A stretch of DNA of 64,000 nucleotides from Podarcis cretensis (GCA_951804945.1 OX638150.1:72850001-72914000), one strand, 5' to 3'; shown: positions 50,301-64,000, counted from the first letter of the stretch. Numbers and translations are program-made. Notes: a model not told the origin generated them from the letters alone.

Positions 50301-51344
50301 ATTTTCCTGGACATGTGGCTGATTTCCGCCTGGACACTGCTAGAGACAGCTGTATTCCGGATATGTCTGGGAAATCCTGTACGCATGACAACCGTAAGGC
50401 CTGCAAACACCACAATCACTCTTCCAAACCTCCTTGCTCAAACCTCAACTCTCCACAGGCCTCAAAGGTCAGTGCAAGGGCTCCTGGGATTGCTAGGAGC
50501 AGTTTCTGCACCATTATTTCCCGTGTTCACCCTCTTTTAGGACCATTTTTGTCCCTTTTCATGTCACTTCCGGGTTTGCGGTGATGCGTGTGTGCGCAGT
50601 CGCACGTGCCTCAAACGCGTGTGAATATGGAGTTGTTTGCACTGCATTTTCACTCAAACCGATAATATCTTTACTTGGGAAAGCATCGTACTTCTTCCGA
50701 AAGAAAATCTGGTCCTCTGGTTATGTAGCACGTGATTGCTTGACCCATCACAATTATGTAACATTCGCTGCTGAAAATTTTAAAAAATTATGCTCACAGA
50801 GATAGGAGGGCAAGGCAAAGAATAGTTTAACAATAACAAGTCCATTTGTCTAGAGTGTTCCCCTGAACCACTCCCTCTGTACAACAACTCCGTTTACACT
50901 TAGGTTCCTGTCATATATCATAATTACAAAACCATGCCATCTATTGTTTGGTTTTTGGAAGGAACAACACTGCTCAAGCACATTATTGTACGATTTTGTG
51001 AGTGTGTTTTGGTGTCTTTTTATTTTAAGTGTTGAAACTCATTGAAGGCAGAAGGACCATTCTCCCTCTTCTCTTTCTGTCCCATCAGAGCCTGTTACAA
51101 CCAGAAGCAGGATTATAATTGGAAAGCATTCTCTACTGGGGGTGGCTAGAGGTCAAATGAAGACTGACACAATCCAGGTTCCAATTCCCACCCATTCCTG
51201 AAGCTTAGTAGATGACCAAGTGCCAGCTGCTTTTTCCCAGCCTAACCAATGACACAGTGTTGTTGCCACGCCCTCAAACACATTGGGGCAAAAAACCAAG
51301 ATGCTGTCTTCCAAGACCATGCTCCCGTGCGAGATCCTCCCCCC

Positions 51345-51380
<36 letters not shown>
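51345..51380. repeat. (AAT)n microsatellite, tail of a reverse-oriented retroelement 3' end
   Basis: AAT run followed by atttgtaccccgcccatctggctggg. Confidence 0.85.
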
Positions 51381-51381
<1 letters not shown>

Positions 51382-52772
51382 TATTTGTACCCCGCCCATC
51401 TGGCTGGGTTTCCCCAGTGGCAAGATTGCAGTACCTCAAATGGCTGCTGTGCTCTTGCACGAAAAGAAAACAGGATGTCCTGGTTTTCCTGGGACAGTAG
51501 ATGGGTATTTTGTTGGAAGGATAAAATAGGTAGAGGGTGAAACCAGACACGGAGGGGGAAACTTGCAAGCCACCCTCAGCCTCTAATGGAAGAGTGGGAT
51601 TAAAAATGTAATAAAATAAATACATGGACGGCGTGGAGCTCTACCCCAATATGTTTCTGTTGATGGGATTTACTTTTATTCAGGATTACTGCACATTTTG
51701 TGTCAAAAATATTTTTCCTTTAATTCAAATTGGATAGCGGAGTATGTGTACATGCAAACACTGCACTCAGTGCAGTCCTAATCCTGTGGCCTACAGAGGC
51801 CAGAAGATGGGGCTATGCAGCATGTGGGTGGATGGGTCAGCTTAACTTCAAGGAAACAGAGTAAATGGACTTCTGCTCCCTTTTAACCCTGTCCTAACTA
51901 CTATCCCTTTAGCCATGATTCCCAAATTATATCTAATGCTGCTACATAATATCTCAGTGGTAAGCGCCCCATACATTATACTCAAAACACAGGGCAATCA
52001 AATTCTAGGGAACATTGAGAGTGGCAAGGGCTGAGAGATGTCATTGGGGCAATAGGTTTCACAGCAATGAATTATTTTTCTGACAACCCCCCCCCAGCAG
52101 CTTCAGATTTGTCTCCAAGTGACCCTTTCATCAGTGCCATTTATCTGATCCAGTGATGACTCTACACCAGCTGGTCTCAGTTCAGAGCAAATCATCTGCC
52201 CTTCTTTGTTACTCTCCAGGCTCAAAATATGACCTTGCACTGCAGAGGCAACATATTTCAGAGCCCAATTAGCCACTTCCTCTGATCTCACAGCATAGCA
52301 TGTGCCCTTTGGGACTGAATAACCTTTTGTCACCAGGAAACACCAAAAGTGCATCATCGCTGAAGTGAGGGTTGGGGGATAGGCAGGAAGGGAGAGAAGG
52401 GAGGTTTTCACTCTTCAAAGCAGGAGACCTGCCAAATCTTTCCCATCTCTCTAGACCCCAGCTAAGGGGGAGAGATTTTGAAATTTATTTAATGGTTCCT
52501 GGAATGCCTTGCCCTTTCACCTTGGCAAGCCCTGCAGCGGCCTTTTAAGTGTTTAAAAGGCCTTGGGGGTAAAGACAGCCACAAACTTCAGGAGTCTAAT
52601 GCCAATAAGCCTTTGTTTAATTACTGAAGCAAAGAAAGCATTTTGGGATGAGTGTGAAGAATTCCTTCCATAACCAAACTGATATATGTCACATTATTTA
52701 TGCTGGGCTAATGATAGAACTGTCACGACTAAAAATAAAATCTACTTTGCATTGTGTCATTATGTCTTAAGG

Positions 52773-53008
52773 AAGAGGTTCCCAATTAGGGGAACCACTA
52801 ATTGCGAGGTGCTCGGCCCCATCCCGTGCCTCCCTCCCAACTAAATTTTTGCCGTTTTTGGCATATTAGGGGCTACCCCACATTTTGTTCTAAAAACTGC
52901 TTTGCAGAGGTTTAACCAGAGAGTTATCAACATTTTCAAAAGTAGGGGGCCAGGGCTTAGGTTTTGAAAACAGGGGGTCCTCAGTAATTAGCTAACTGGG
53001 AACCACTG
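52773..53008. mobile_element. Older hAT-type MITE
   Basis: AGAGGTTCCCAA...TGGGAACCACTG ends; 8-bp TSD TCTTAAGG/TCTTAAAG. Confidence 0.55.
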
Positions 53009-53845
53009 TCTTAAAGGAAATGAGCCAAGCAAGTTGCAAGTCAGTGTTTTACCTGAGCTTCTGCCTCTGAAACCCTAGGATGGATAGGACCTATCCAGCC
53101 AACCTATATACAGTATAGGAAAAGAATCATATCCCTAAGGCTCATAAGAGTGAAAGCACCTTCATTGCCAGGCAATGCATTGTGGAGAACTACTTACCGA
53201 GGAGATTAACACAATGAATCTGAAATTTTACACACTAAAGGTATCAGTCTGATCCTATAGTTGTAACTGAAATGTACTGGTGCTGACCTGGCTTGGGAAA
53301 TAGTTTGGTTTGGGCTAAATAGCAACAGGCTTCTATTTACACAGCTGCATGAACATCAAGTATACATAATCTGAAGGAGAGATGAGCATCTTCAAAGAAA
53401 ATGTATATAATTCAAACATTATCAGCTACAAGAACACAAAAGGAATAGATTAAAGAAATCTTATTCAAGCAGGAGTTTTAACCCCTCAATTAAATCTGCA
53501 TATATTTACATATAAATAGTTCTGAAGAAAGAAGCACCCTTTGTTTTTAGATAATGCATTTATATATCCCAGCAGGCACGTGAAAGGAATTCCTCTTAAA
53601 AGTGTTTTGTCACCCATGGACTTGTAAATGGTGCATTAAGTTATATACTTTTAAATAACAACCAGGGTCACCTTTTCAACCGATCAAAAGAAATTAAGAT
53701 AAACATTGCATCTCTATAGAGAAGGGATGTCCAACCAGCGGATCTACAGGTTGGTTGTGGGATGTCCCTGGTCACCTCCCCCCCCCCCAAAAGCTCAACA
53801 ACTCTGGTCAATCCAATGGGTAGATCACTGCCAGTTTCTTTATAT

Positions 53846-53972
53846 TCAGGTAGGTAGCTGTGTTGGTCTGATGCAGTCGAAATATATAAAAAAATTGTCC
53901 AGTAGCACCTTAGAGATCAACTAAGTTTGTTCTTGGTATAAGCTTTTGTGTGCATGCACACTTCTTCAGATA
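53846..53972 (-). mobile_element. Penelope-like element end, nested in a hAT-like MITE
   Basis: Same family as 39195-39392 (ccagtagcaccttagaga-caactaagtttgtt). It interrupts an element with GGGATGTCCAA...TTGGACGTGCCTG ends (~53722-54026). Confidence 0.65.
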
Positions 53973-56900
53973 GTTTTTTTTATAGTGGGAGTAGATTGCA
54001 GTCTCTTGGAAATTGGACGTGCCTGCTGTAGAGGAAACCCATTTGGTGCAGTGGCTATTGTGGTGGACTGGGACATGAGAGACCAGGGTTCAAATCCCCT
54101 CTCAGCCATGAAGCTCCCTGGTTTATTTTGGACCAGTCACTGTCTTTCAGCCTAACCTACCTTACAGGGTCGTTGTGATGATATAATAGGAAGGGGGGAT
54201 GGACGGATAATAAATGCCACTTTGAACAGCTTGGAGGAAAGATGAGTCACTAATGTATTAGTAATGGTGCTGATAGAGGAGTGCTGTTAAGCTTACTCAT
54301 AGTAAATCATAGCAAATGTTTTGAAGTTAGACTGTCCTCTTAAACTGACTTTGCCCAAACACTGCTTTCTATATTGTCAAGAAACAAGTGCTGTCTGCTT
54401 GAAGAAGAATCCTCTTTAAATGTAAACGCTTGCACAAAAATATTCAAGCAATGATAATAAAAAGGAGTTCTGACTTTTGTCTCTTTGGCTCACACCAAAA
54501 TAAGGAACATTTTGCTGGGCTACTGAAACCTAAATAGGCCTCTGGCTAATGATTAATGACACAGCAGAATGGAAGCAACCTCAACAAACCAAGTCGAGGT
54601 GCCGGGCAAAAAGCTTTCCATCACCATTGCAGTAACTTAGAAGGCACTTCAGGTTTTTTTACAAGAGCTCTCTCCTGATCATCACCACATTTTGCTCTTG
54701 AGAAGAGAGCCCACAACTTGATTATAGAGCTGCCATGGCCACAGCAGCCAGAAACTGATGGGTTTGGTTAGTAGAAGCTGGTCATATTACACAATTCCAA
54801 GGAAACCTCTCAGCAGAGGGTGAAATACCACAGGACACAGCAAAGTTGGAACAAATCGCTCATTGTCTAGGCTAAATGGGGGCCAAGCCACAATCCTCAC
54901 TCCTTCCCATAACCCAGAAATTAAACTAAAAATCCTAACAGCAGCCAGGGCTGTTTGAAGTGGGAAGGGGACACTCAGAGCAGCTGAAGACTGCCCCCTT
55001 ATGGGCAGCAGCAGCATTTGAGCATAACACGCTGCCATTTCAAATGTTTAATTTTTCATGCTTGCAGACGCTTTCACAAATCATCTCCCCGAAGGGATTT
55101 ATTAAAAGCACAGACATCCCATAAGCATGGAAACTGCACAAATCCTTGTGCAGTTGATGGGTGACAAATGAACACGCAGCTGCTTTTCTGTATGTACTTG
55201 GAATAGGCAAGTGCATTTGCCGCACATGATGAACTATATGGAAGATTCGGTTTCCTTTACGGAGTTCACATTCCCAGAGGAAGTGTCTCATAAAACAGAT
55301 TGGCATACTAGCTTGTAAGTGTATCCATCTGTCAGACTGACATTACGAAGATGAACCATAGGAAACAACACACAATACTGGAAGCAGTTCTAAGTTAGCA
55401 TGCTGCTTACGGTCATAATGTGATACCAAGTCTAAGGAACCCTTACTGGAATAGGTCAGATGCTGCTCTAGGAACCCTAATGATTAAGGTGTGAGATACA
55501 ATAGAAAGAGAGTTTGGAATTACATTCCTATTTGTCAAGATCCAGGAATATGTGTGGTTTCATTGTGTGAAAGCAACTTGTGGCTGGAAATTTACCATAT
55601 GAATGACCAAAGGGCACCCTGGTCCACAGGCTTGCATTTAATGTAGCTTTCAAGTCACAATTTATTACTTCCGGCCTTTCAGAATTTTAGTTAATCATTA
55701 GCACCGGCTTGGTTAGTTTCAAGATATCGAACTGCTACCCTCTGGTTCATTTATAGGAGGAGCTTTGACAGACAGATGCTCTGTAGGTGTCTCCAGATTT
55801 AGCATAGTAGGTTTTTTTATCTTCTGTGATGTGATCAGTCATAGGAATTAAATAATTCAGCATAAATACTTATCAGTGCAAAAACAAAAGAAGTGGCAGA
55901 GTCTACACTGCTGCAGCTTATCTGATATATTACGCTTCCTGGCCTGAGAACACAGCAGTTCCAATTACCCACTACCCTCACAGCTAAAAACATTAACATC
56001 TGACAAATTGCAGGTCTTAACTTTCATTGTCAATGTTAACTTCTACCCCTATCTCTTAGGCTCTTAGTAGGTACCTAAAATATTTGTGTGTGTATCAAAC
56101 ATCCATTCCTCATAGTTTTAACATGACTCATTATTTTCCCCTTCCCATTTCAAAACCACAATTTCAGAGTACATAGTTGAAACCCTTATTTAAAATTGTT
56201 AAGGCCTTTTGTTTAAGTACTGATGAATTTCTATCTAGCTGTATTTCAGCATTTCATGGTTTTCAATTTCAGTATGTCTACAGAGATATTTAGTGCCATT
56301 TTATGGATGTTATGGGCCTATCATTGATATAATAGCATTTATTGATTTTCACCATACCTACTCTAATTCAGATTCTAATGGTACAAACTATTGTACACTA
56401 CCATGAATAAAGTTTTGAATTTGTCCACATATTACAATTCCAAGCAATTACCTTCTACAGCAGTAGATTGAAAGACCTTGAAACCAGATAATCTCTTTGA
56501 GTTCCATCAAAAATAAGATTGCCTCCATATTTCAACAGATCATATTGATTATATTGCATATACTGTGTGCCTAAGAACTTCCAGAAGGGTATTTGCCTGT
56601 TGCAACAGACACAAAGAATCTTGTGGCATCTTAAAGACTAACAAATTTATTGTGACATAAGCTTTTGTAGACTACTAGACTCTAATCTACGTACTTGTCA
56701 CATAACTCTTTTTACTGTATGCCTACCATTACATCCTACAGACAAGTTTGGATCAAATAGACAGATATATCTATGAACTGTTTAGGTTGACAAGTTTATT
56801 TTGGGTGGTGGGACTCAATTTTCTGCAAACCACTGAGAGCAACTGCAGACTGCAGCAATCAACAAGTGATAGCCAAGGTTTGTGAATGGACTTCAATTAA

Positions 56901-57389
56901 TCAATGTTTTGGTATAATCAATTGATAATAATTACTTATGCAATGGCAGCACAGTTGTGTAAAGCTTGATAAGGAGATAAGCTTAAATTTGCAGAGATGC
57001 TGTAGGAGGACTAAGCTACAGCTGGCTGCTCTATTTACAAACTGAGTTCTAAGCATAACTCAATGGCTTGAACTTAACCTCCCAAACAGTCAAGAGGCAA
57101 TGTTAGAAAAATCAGTTCATAGTCTGAAATGCATTTAGGCCACAAGCCACAAACCTAACCATTTAAGAATGCTGGTTTTCAGAAAAATAAGGTCAAGCAT
57201 TAGGCAAGATTAGCAGGGTGCCTTAAGGTAGCTTGCTTAGCAGAGCAGCACAAAGACAGAAGAGATTTACTTTGATTTAGAATCAACAGGGCCTACCAGT
57301 CCCTTCATTTTAGCGGGTGCAGCGGGTGATGATCTGCTACCAACTGACAATCAGAAACAGAAAATAAAGTTCTGGGACTTACAAATAAT

Positions 57390-57395
57390 TTTATT
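57390..57395 (-). terminator. AATAAA polyadenylation signal, probable end of the long TUSC2 3' UTR
   Basis: tttatt on + within an AT-rich 3'-end-like context. A second AATAAA lies near 57614-57619. No recognisable TE was seen between here and the stop codon. Confidence 0.55.
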
Positions 57396-60300
57396 GAAAT
57401 TTAACAAAATTCAACAAATGCACTTCAAGGCAGAGAAACAAACCATAAATATTTTACACATTTGCCTTCAGGGTTCCTATCCGTATGCTATAGGAGCAGG
57501 AAGTGTAGTGCTAGTGGGTTCGGGTCTTCTACACAACCACATATGCACAGAAGAGTAATAAAAAAGGAAATAGAACTTTTTGCTTGTTCCAACAATAGTG
57601 ATAATATATATATTTTATTTACACCAACTTTCACATTATCAGCATCCTGTATAAAGCCGTCTTCCCCGAGCCTGACAACAGCTGCCACTCTCAAGAGAAA
57701 TGGGGCTGCTAGAAAGCACAATGAGAGGGACAGTATCAGTAGGATTATAAAATCCAGGAAGTCTTAACTGCACAGCTACAGTCTCAGTGGGCAAGCCAGC
57801 CTTTTAGAGAAATGGATTGAAAGCAGCTGCCGGTAGCTCCAGGGAGTCTGCTACATCTTAGGAGAAATTTCAAGCTAGGCAGAAAGGAAGCTTTCTCTGG
57901 GTACGGGCTCCATTTAGGTTCCAGTAGGAGGGAGGTCCCCAGCAGGATGGATATAAGCACTAGAAGTGGTGGGGGAAATGAAAGCCAACATTGCACAGTT
58001 CTTTTCTGACCACAGGGTATTTGCTTGCTCAGAACCAAGACAGCTAATGAAATAACATAAATTGGGTATTTTAGGAAATTGCAAACGGTGTCACCACCGA
58101 GCCTTTCACTCCCAGTATCTCTCATGACTATCAAGTCCCATGTAACAGAGAAAACTCTCTAGTGTGAAGATGCAACAAACAACCCTCACATACAGCAAAG
58201 TGCTTCTTCTTGAACTAGCTGTGGGGCAAAACTTCTAAATGGCAGGCTTGATATCTGTTGTCAACTATACTGTTCAAGAATAAGGAAGTCTCCTCCCACT
58301 GATTTCAACCTGCAACTCGTTAAGCACAATAATGCAGAGACAGAGCTTTGCTTTCCAATGAGTGTTGCAAACACACCTCCACCCCCGGTATGCTCTTGTT
58401 TTGGTAGTGGACACTCCCTTCCCCAATGAAGGATAAAGATGCCAGCTTCCCATCATTACCCAAACGAGATTCAACCGAAAGATAAGTGACACATGAAGAT
58501 GGAGGATGGAAATATGACACGGGGCCAATGCCAATAGTTTATGCTCTTACCCTTTTATGGTTAACTGTATAGTTCTACACCTGTATAGTAATGCACAAGT
58601 TCTGCATGGAAGAGAAGCTGCAACTCAGGAAGCCACCGTGCACTAAGGAACAATCCTAACATACAACCCTCGACATACAGTTGAAAGGGTGACAGCGAGG
58701 CAAATGTGACAGTCAATAGAGTCAATAGAGAGTCAATAGAGAGCTCAGTCAACATTGCCACTTAAACTCCACCCTGTTTCTAAATTGATTCGTAGTGCTT
58801 AAAAAGGATTCCCATGTAGGTGCAGAGATGACACAAACCTATTGATGCTGCTGGCAGGCACAGCTTTGCACCAGCAAATTTAAACTAAACATTGAGGTAG
58901 CAAATGCCTGAAGTGCTCAGAAAGGCAATGACATGCTCCGGGAAGGAAAATATGCTGTGCAATGAACCAACTCTTACAGCTAACTCACCCACAGTTCGGT
59001 TTTAAAGCTTTATATAAATTCTGAGAGTTGGCAGAAAAGGCAGGCAGGCAGGCATTGCATATGAAACCGTCTTCAAAAGATAAAGAGTGCCTCTGACAGG
59101 GTTTTGCCTGTTCAGTTTTCAGCAGCAGGTAGCTCTAAATCGTAGAAGCAAAAACTTGGGGAGGAGAGGCAGGTGTACCAAGTCAAGTTTGGGAAGTGGC
59201 CCTACAAACCAAACATTTCACATTCATACATTGGGGGAAAGGGTAGAGCCCTCCCAAAACACATAGCCTTCCTTTAAAGTGTGCTGCACTCTCCCATATC
59301 AGGCAATACTTGGCCCAATCCAAAGAGTCAAGGAGACTGTCAAAGGAAGATCACAGTACATTATTGTTTTGTTTTGTTTTCCTTTGGAGGAAAGGGGCAG
59401 GGGAAGCATACAATCAGGTTGGTAAACATTTTGATCAAAGCAACGTAAGTTGCCTTAGTGCCAACAGCAAAACCTAAGGATTAAAAGGACAGTGTTACCT
59501 ATTTCTGTTTTGAGGGGGGGGGGGGAGAGAAATGTCAGCAGTAAGAATGGAGTGGGGAGGGAAATGGCAATCTGCCTTGCACTCTCCATTTTTACTCAGA
59601 GTAGACCCACTGAAATTAATTACCATGACCAATTCACCATGGTCTATTAATTTTAATGGGAATACTCCCATGTAAAAGCCAGTTGAATACAACCCAGTCA
59701 CAAGATGCAGATTCACAAGAAGGAAGTCTGCTTTGGAATGAAACCAGAACTTGTCGACAAACGCCTTCTAAGAGGTGGCCTGTTTGGTAAGGCTCCACAG
59801 GAAAACTGCAAGCTCAGATGCTGCTGCCGCTGCCAACAGCCTCTACTGATGTGCCACAGCATAGGAAGAAGTCAGTGGAATTTTCCAAGCAGTGAAGTTG
59901 AAAAAGACACTGCCTGCAAAGGAAATAGTGCAACTCACTAGGAAGATATTAGAGAGAGGGGGAGCAAGGCTTGCACATCAGTCTGTTTCAATAGGGAACC
60001 CTGCCTTGGACAACTCTGTTAGGTACAGCTCTGTTATCATCCTCCACTCCTCCAAGTACAGTACAGCATTAGGTTATTCAGTTATGTTACGTTGAGGAAA
60101 GGGGTGGAGAAGCACAAGCCGCTTACTGCTCACCTTTACTCTCATATACAACACATAAACCGAAACTTCGTTGTCAGCATTTAAAGAATACTGATGGGGA
60201 ACTCAGAAAGCAGGCCACCTGGTCAGAAAAAGGTGCAGGTCGGTTCTCCGTGGTCTCAAGACACTTGAAATCTGTTGCCACCTAAGGCTGATAAAGGGAT

Positions 60301-60622
60301 TTTACTCAATTCAGCAAGGGGGATTTTTTTTGAGCAGGTCACTAAACAAGGCCAAACATCTCACGTGACACAGGTCCTACCAACACACATCCCTAGCCAA
60401 TGCTATTCCTGGTTATACGATCCCATGATGCTGTCAGTGCCGTAGCCGTTGCCGCCTCATCCTAGCAGACAAGCTTCAAAGCTAACCATGCGTCTGTGCT
60501 CTTGATCCATCACTCTGAAGGGAGACGTGGCTGCCTAGCTTGGTTTACGTGAGGTACAGTAAAACTGGGCAGGTAAGGTGCCTTGATAGCACACACTGAC
60601 AGTTCACACTGCCCTCCATGGC

Positions 60623-60688
60623 TCAGACCTCACAGATGATAACAGGGAAGTCCACATGTATCCGAGGGTGCTCCAGTTTCACTATGCC
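60623..60688 (-). CDS. TUSC2: Tumor suppressor candidate 2 (FUS1), last coding exon
   Basis: ttctctttacag|GGC ATA GTG... = GIVKLEHPRIHVDFPVIICEV*, matching the conserved TUSC2 C-terminus. Synteny with HYAL2. Upstream exons were not found in the window. Confidence 0.93.
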   Translation of the reverse strand, partial: GIVKLEHPRIHVDFPVIICEV

Positions 60689-60934
60689 CTGTAAAGAGAA
60701 AGATGCAACAAGGATGAGATAATGCCACGTGGAAATCAGGCTAAAAATGATGTGGAATAAAGGGACATGGTGCCAGTCGAGTTAATACAGTTCCTTGCTT
60801 AATGACTTCTGGCCCAAAAGCCATACCAAAGCAACTGGGCTATTTGTGTTAGGTCATGGGTATGAACTCTATCTAGAAACTAGACAGGAACAAATTGAGA
60901 TAAAGGATCAGAAAACTGCATGAGCTGGAAATGT

Positions 60935-61190
60935 ACGGCCAGTTACTTCAATACCTCAAGGACTGTCTCCCTCCATATGAACTGACCTGGACCCTGCAAT
61001 CATCACCTGAGGTTTTCTTTGTGTGCTCCCTCCACAAGGGGCTCAGAGGGCAGCAACATGAGAATGCAGCCTTTTCTACAGTGGCTCCCCATTTTCGGAA
61101 TGCTCTCCCTGGGAAGTTTCACCTGGCACCTTCAATACATATCTTCAGTCGCCAGGCAAAAACATTTCTCTTTAAGCAGGACTTTGGCCA
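60935..61190 (+). mobile_element. L2 LINE 3' end remnant
   Basis: YLKDCLPPY...AFSTVAPHFRNALP...FSRQAKTFLF, typical of the L2 ORF2 C-terminus. Confidence 0.7.
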
Positions 61191-62235
61191 ATTAAACATT
61201 CTATGGCCTTTTAAATGTGTTTGTGAGAAGGAAGTTAATGTTTTTTGTTTTTTGCTTTATTAGGTATTTATGTTCAACTCTTGCCCACCATGCCATTTTC
61301 CAACGGAAGCTCCTTCCCACTGCAAAGTTATTAGGTCCCTATATAGGTTTTGTTCTATAGGTTAAACAGCAACTGGGGAGGGGGGAAGAGGAGAGATTTG
61401 AACAGAAAAGGGTTCAGGGGAGATTTTTTAATACCCCCCCCTTCTCAGAATCATGGCATTTACTCAATTTAACCTGCCATCAATCATCTTTCATGCTGCC
61501 ATCTACTTTGGCCTTAAGTAATTCAGATGTTTTCCATTCTTGCTGAATGCTAATGGAATAGAGAAAGTCGCCAAGCTTCCACTGGACTAGAAAGTAAACT
61601 CATTGATTAAAGCAAGGCTAATAAAGTGAGTTTATATGAATTTGGCCAAGTGAAAAACCTTGGATAATCACATCTTGGATTCATAAATGGAGATACTAAC
61701 AAGCTTCATATATCTGCCTTGTCCCTCCATATGCACAAGCAGACAAACAAGCCAAGAAGCTGCAGTAAACCATAGCTTACAGATAGGTCAGGAGATGAAG
61801 GTTTAAAGTTGGCTTCACTGGAAACCATTAATCAACACTTCCCAGTTTGGACATTTAACAGGAAGCTATGTTTAACAATGGCCTGCTGGCTTGTTTGCCT
61901 CCTTGAGTGAAGGAGGAACAAAGCAGATATGTGCAAACATGCAAATGCTCATTCATATCTCAATTATTAAGTCAAGATGTGGTAATCTAGGACACGCTGG
62001 CTTCATTCAGATTCTTCCAGCAATAAATTGATTGGAAGGTATGCTACCTCCAAGTACTGCCTCATAAAACTAACTGGTCATGCATTAGTGGTATTTGACA
62101 AACTTGGTCCAGCACTTCTCAAGAGAATTATACGCCACAAGCAATATTGAGAGCCACAGCACAGAAGTGAAAATATTTCATCACTACTTTTACTTGAAAA
62201 ATGGCAAATGCAAGATGTTATGGAAGCCTCTAGAC

Positions 62236-62640
62236 CAGGGGTGTCAAACTCAAATTCATCGGGGGCCGCATCAGCAGTTTGGTCACCCTCAAAGGGCCGG
62301 TTGTATCTGTAGGACTATGTGTCCACTCTTTATTATCATAAATTATTGTCACTGCATTCAATTATTACTGTTTTTTGTAATAATGTAAGTAATAACTAGC
62401 TCTGAAAGCAGAAACATAGTCAGAATAATGGCAAGTTTCCTGTGTAGAACGGCCGGCACCGCTAGCGGGCAGACGTTCTCTGGCTTGTAGGCTGAAGAGG
62501 TGTCTTTCTTGTGTAAAAAAAAAAAAAAAAAAAAGCGAGAATAAAAGGTGAAGGCTGGCGGCCGGTGGCGGCTACATGGGCCACATGACGAGGTCTGGCG
62601 GGCCGGATTCGGCCCGCGGGCCTTGTGTTTGACACCCGTG
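62236..62640. mobile_element. hAT-type non-autonomous DNA transposon
   Basis: TIRs CAGGGGTGTCAAAC / GTTTGACACCCGTG; 8-bp TSD CTCTAGAC/CTCTAGAA; CpGs retained, suggesting a young insertion. Confidence 0.8.
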
Positions 62641-63056
62641 CTCTAGAAGTCCATAATATAAAAGCATTAGCAAAGAACATTCCCACCCCCATGATGCTTA
62701 TAGAAACAGTAGCCACAGGAAGGTTTTTATAGTTAATGGCTATAAATAGCACCAGATAACCAGACTTGTACTTTCAATTGAACTATATGCATACCCCACG
62801 TTCCCTGGTGTGCTAGTTACAAGACAGAATCAAGCTGGTCAATGGGTCCACAATCAGGACGGACAGAAGAGTAACCTTTTGTCAGGGCAAAATCAAACCC
62901 AGGTTATGACAGCCATAACTGACCCTCCACACTTCCCATGCTTAGGTACATCTACAGTGAAGATTTTACACTTACTTCTATACAAACAGCTACCTTTTCC
63001 CTTATCTTCAGGATTGTAGTGCTCAACAAAAGGCGTCAGAAGCTCTTGAGATAGGC

Positions 63057-63192
63057 ACAGAATCATAGAACTGAAGAGTTGGAAGTGACCCCGAGGGTCA
63101 TCTAGTCCAACCCCTGCAATGCAGGAATCTCAACTAAAGCATCCAAGACAGATGACCATCCAATTTCTGCTTAAAAACCTCCAAGGAAGCAG
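63057..63192 (-). mobile_element. CR1 3' terminal fragment
   Basis: cacagaatcatagaa...gagttggaagtgacc...tcatctagtccaacccc is the reverse of the CR1 ATTCTRTG-type tail. Confidence 0.7.
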
Positions 63193-64000
63193 TGTCCACA
63201 TACAGGACAGACAACAGAAGAACAAGCCTTCTTTATCCTTCTCTTCTCAAGTGCTGGATCATCATTAAGAGTTTCATTCAAGTGAGCCCAGAACCAACAG
63301 AACTTTACACATCATGTTTCCAGCATGAAATTCTACCATATACCAACCAGTGTCATCTACAATTTTACCAAGTCATCACAAGCATCACATTATTTTCTGA
63401 CTAAAATTTGAGGCAGCGCTGCCTTGCCTTCTCTATAATGATAGGGAACCTTGTGACTCCCAAGAATCTGAATTTTTGTTGTTGATGCAAAACACTGTCC
63501 ATTACAACTGCAGCTTTCTTATCCACTAGTAGCTGTTATTTTCTCCTCTGCTCATTTACACAGCTATAGTCACCAGTATTTTGCACTGATTTTAACCAGA
63601 AGCAGTTCCACAAGCCTCCCAACACATCAGTTCATGTTCAGTAAGGCTTGCCTTTTTAGCCTCCTCTCATTTTCACTGTAAACTGATCGGGCAAACTCTA
63701 CCCATGATTTCAGCAGGGGCTGAGACTCAATGAGCTACTTTAGACATACCCAATGAAATGTTTGATTTTTCCTCTTCCAACAGCAGATACTCCCTCAAGC
63801 CATTTGAAACACAAATTCAAACTCTTGGGACCACAGTGCACAGTTCCATGGATCTAGGCCATGGGTGTTTACTACTATGGAGGGATCTTACAAGAACAAC
63901 ATTCGTACCTAACAGCAGTATTAATATCTATTTGGGCCACCTACACAGGTGTGGATGTACAGTAATTCATCCTAAGAATTAGTGCCCCAAGGTTGTGGAA

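Overview
Vertebrate genomic DNA from a squamate reptile, probably a lacertid lizard judging by the Sauria SINEs, BovB, CR1/L2 and Penelope remnants. It is syntenic with the human 3p21.3 hyaluronidase cluster. Three recognisable genes lie on the minus strand in the expected order: HYAL1 (first coding exon, 882->1, running off the window), a complete HYAL2 (3 coding exons, 473 aa, GPI-type tail) and the last coding exon plus a ~3.2 kb 3' UTR of TUSC2. Most ORFs in the supplied track are spurious. The rest of the window is TE-rich intron and intergenic DNA, with many MITEs, SINEs, LINE fragments and one solo LTR, several with intact target-site duplications. Two things stand out. (1) In the ~31 kb HYAL2-TUSC2 interval there is a chain of plus-strand, phase-matched exon-like segments (~36.9-47.5 kb). 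They splice into a protein I cannot identify, and neighbouring segments carry in-frame stops, so this may be an unannotated or decaying gene. (2) Penelope-like element ends carry minimal hammerhead-ribozyme motifs, one inside a long inverted repeat. No searches were run; all calls come from reading the sequence.
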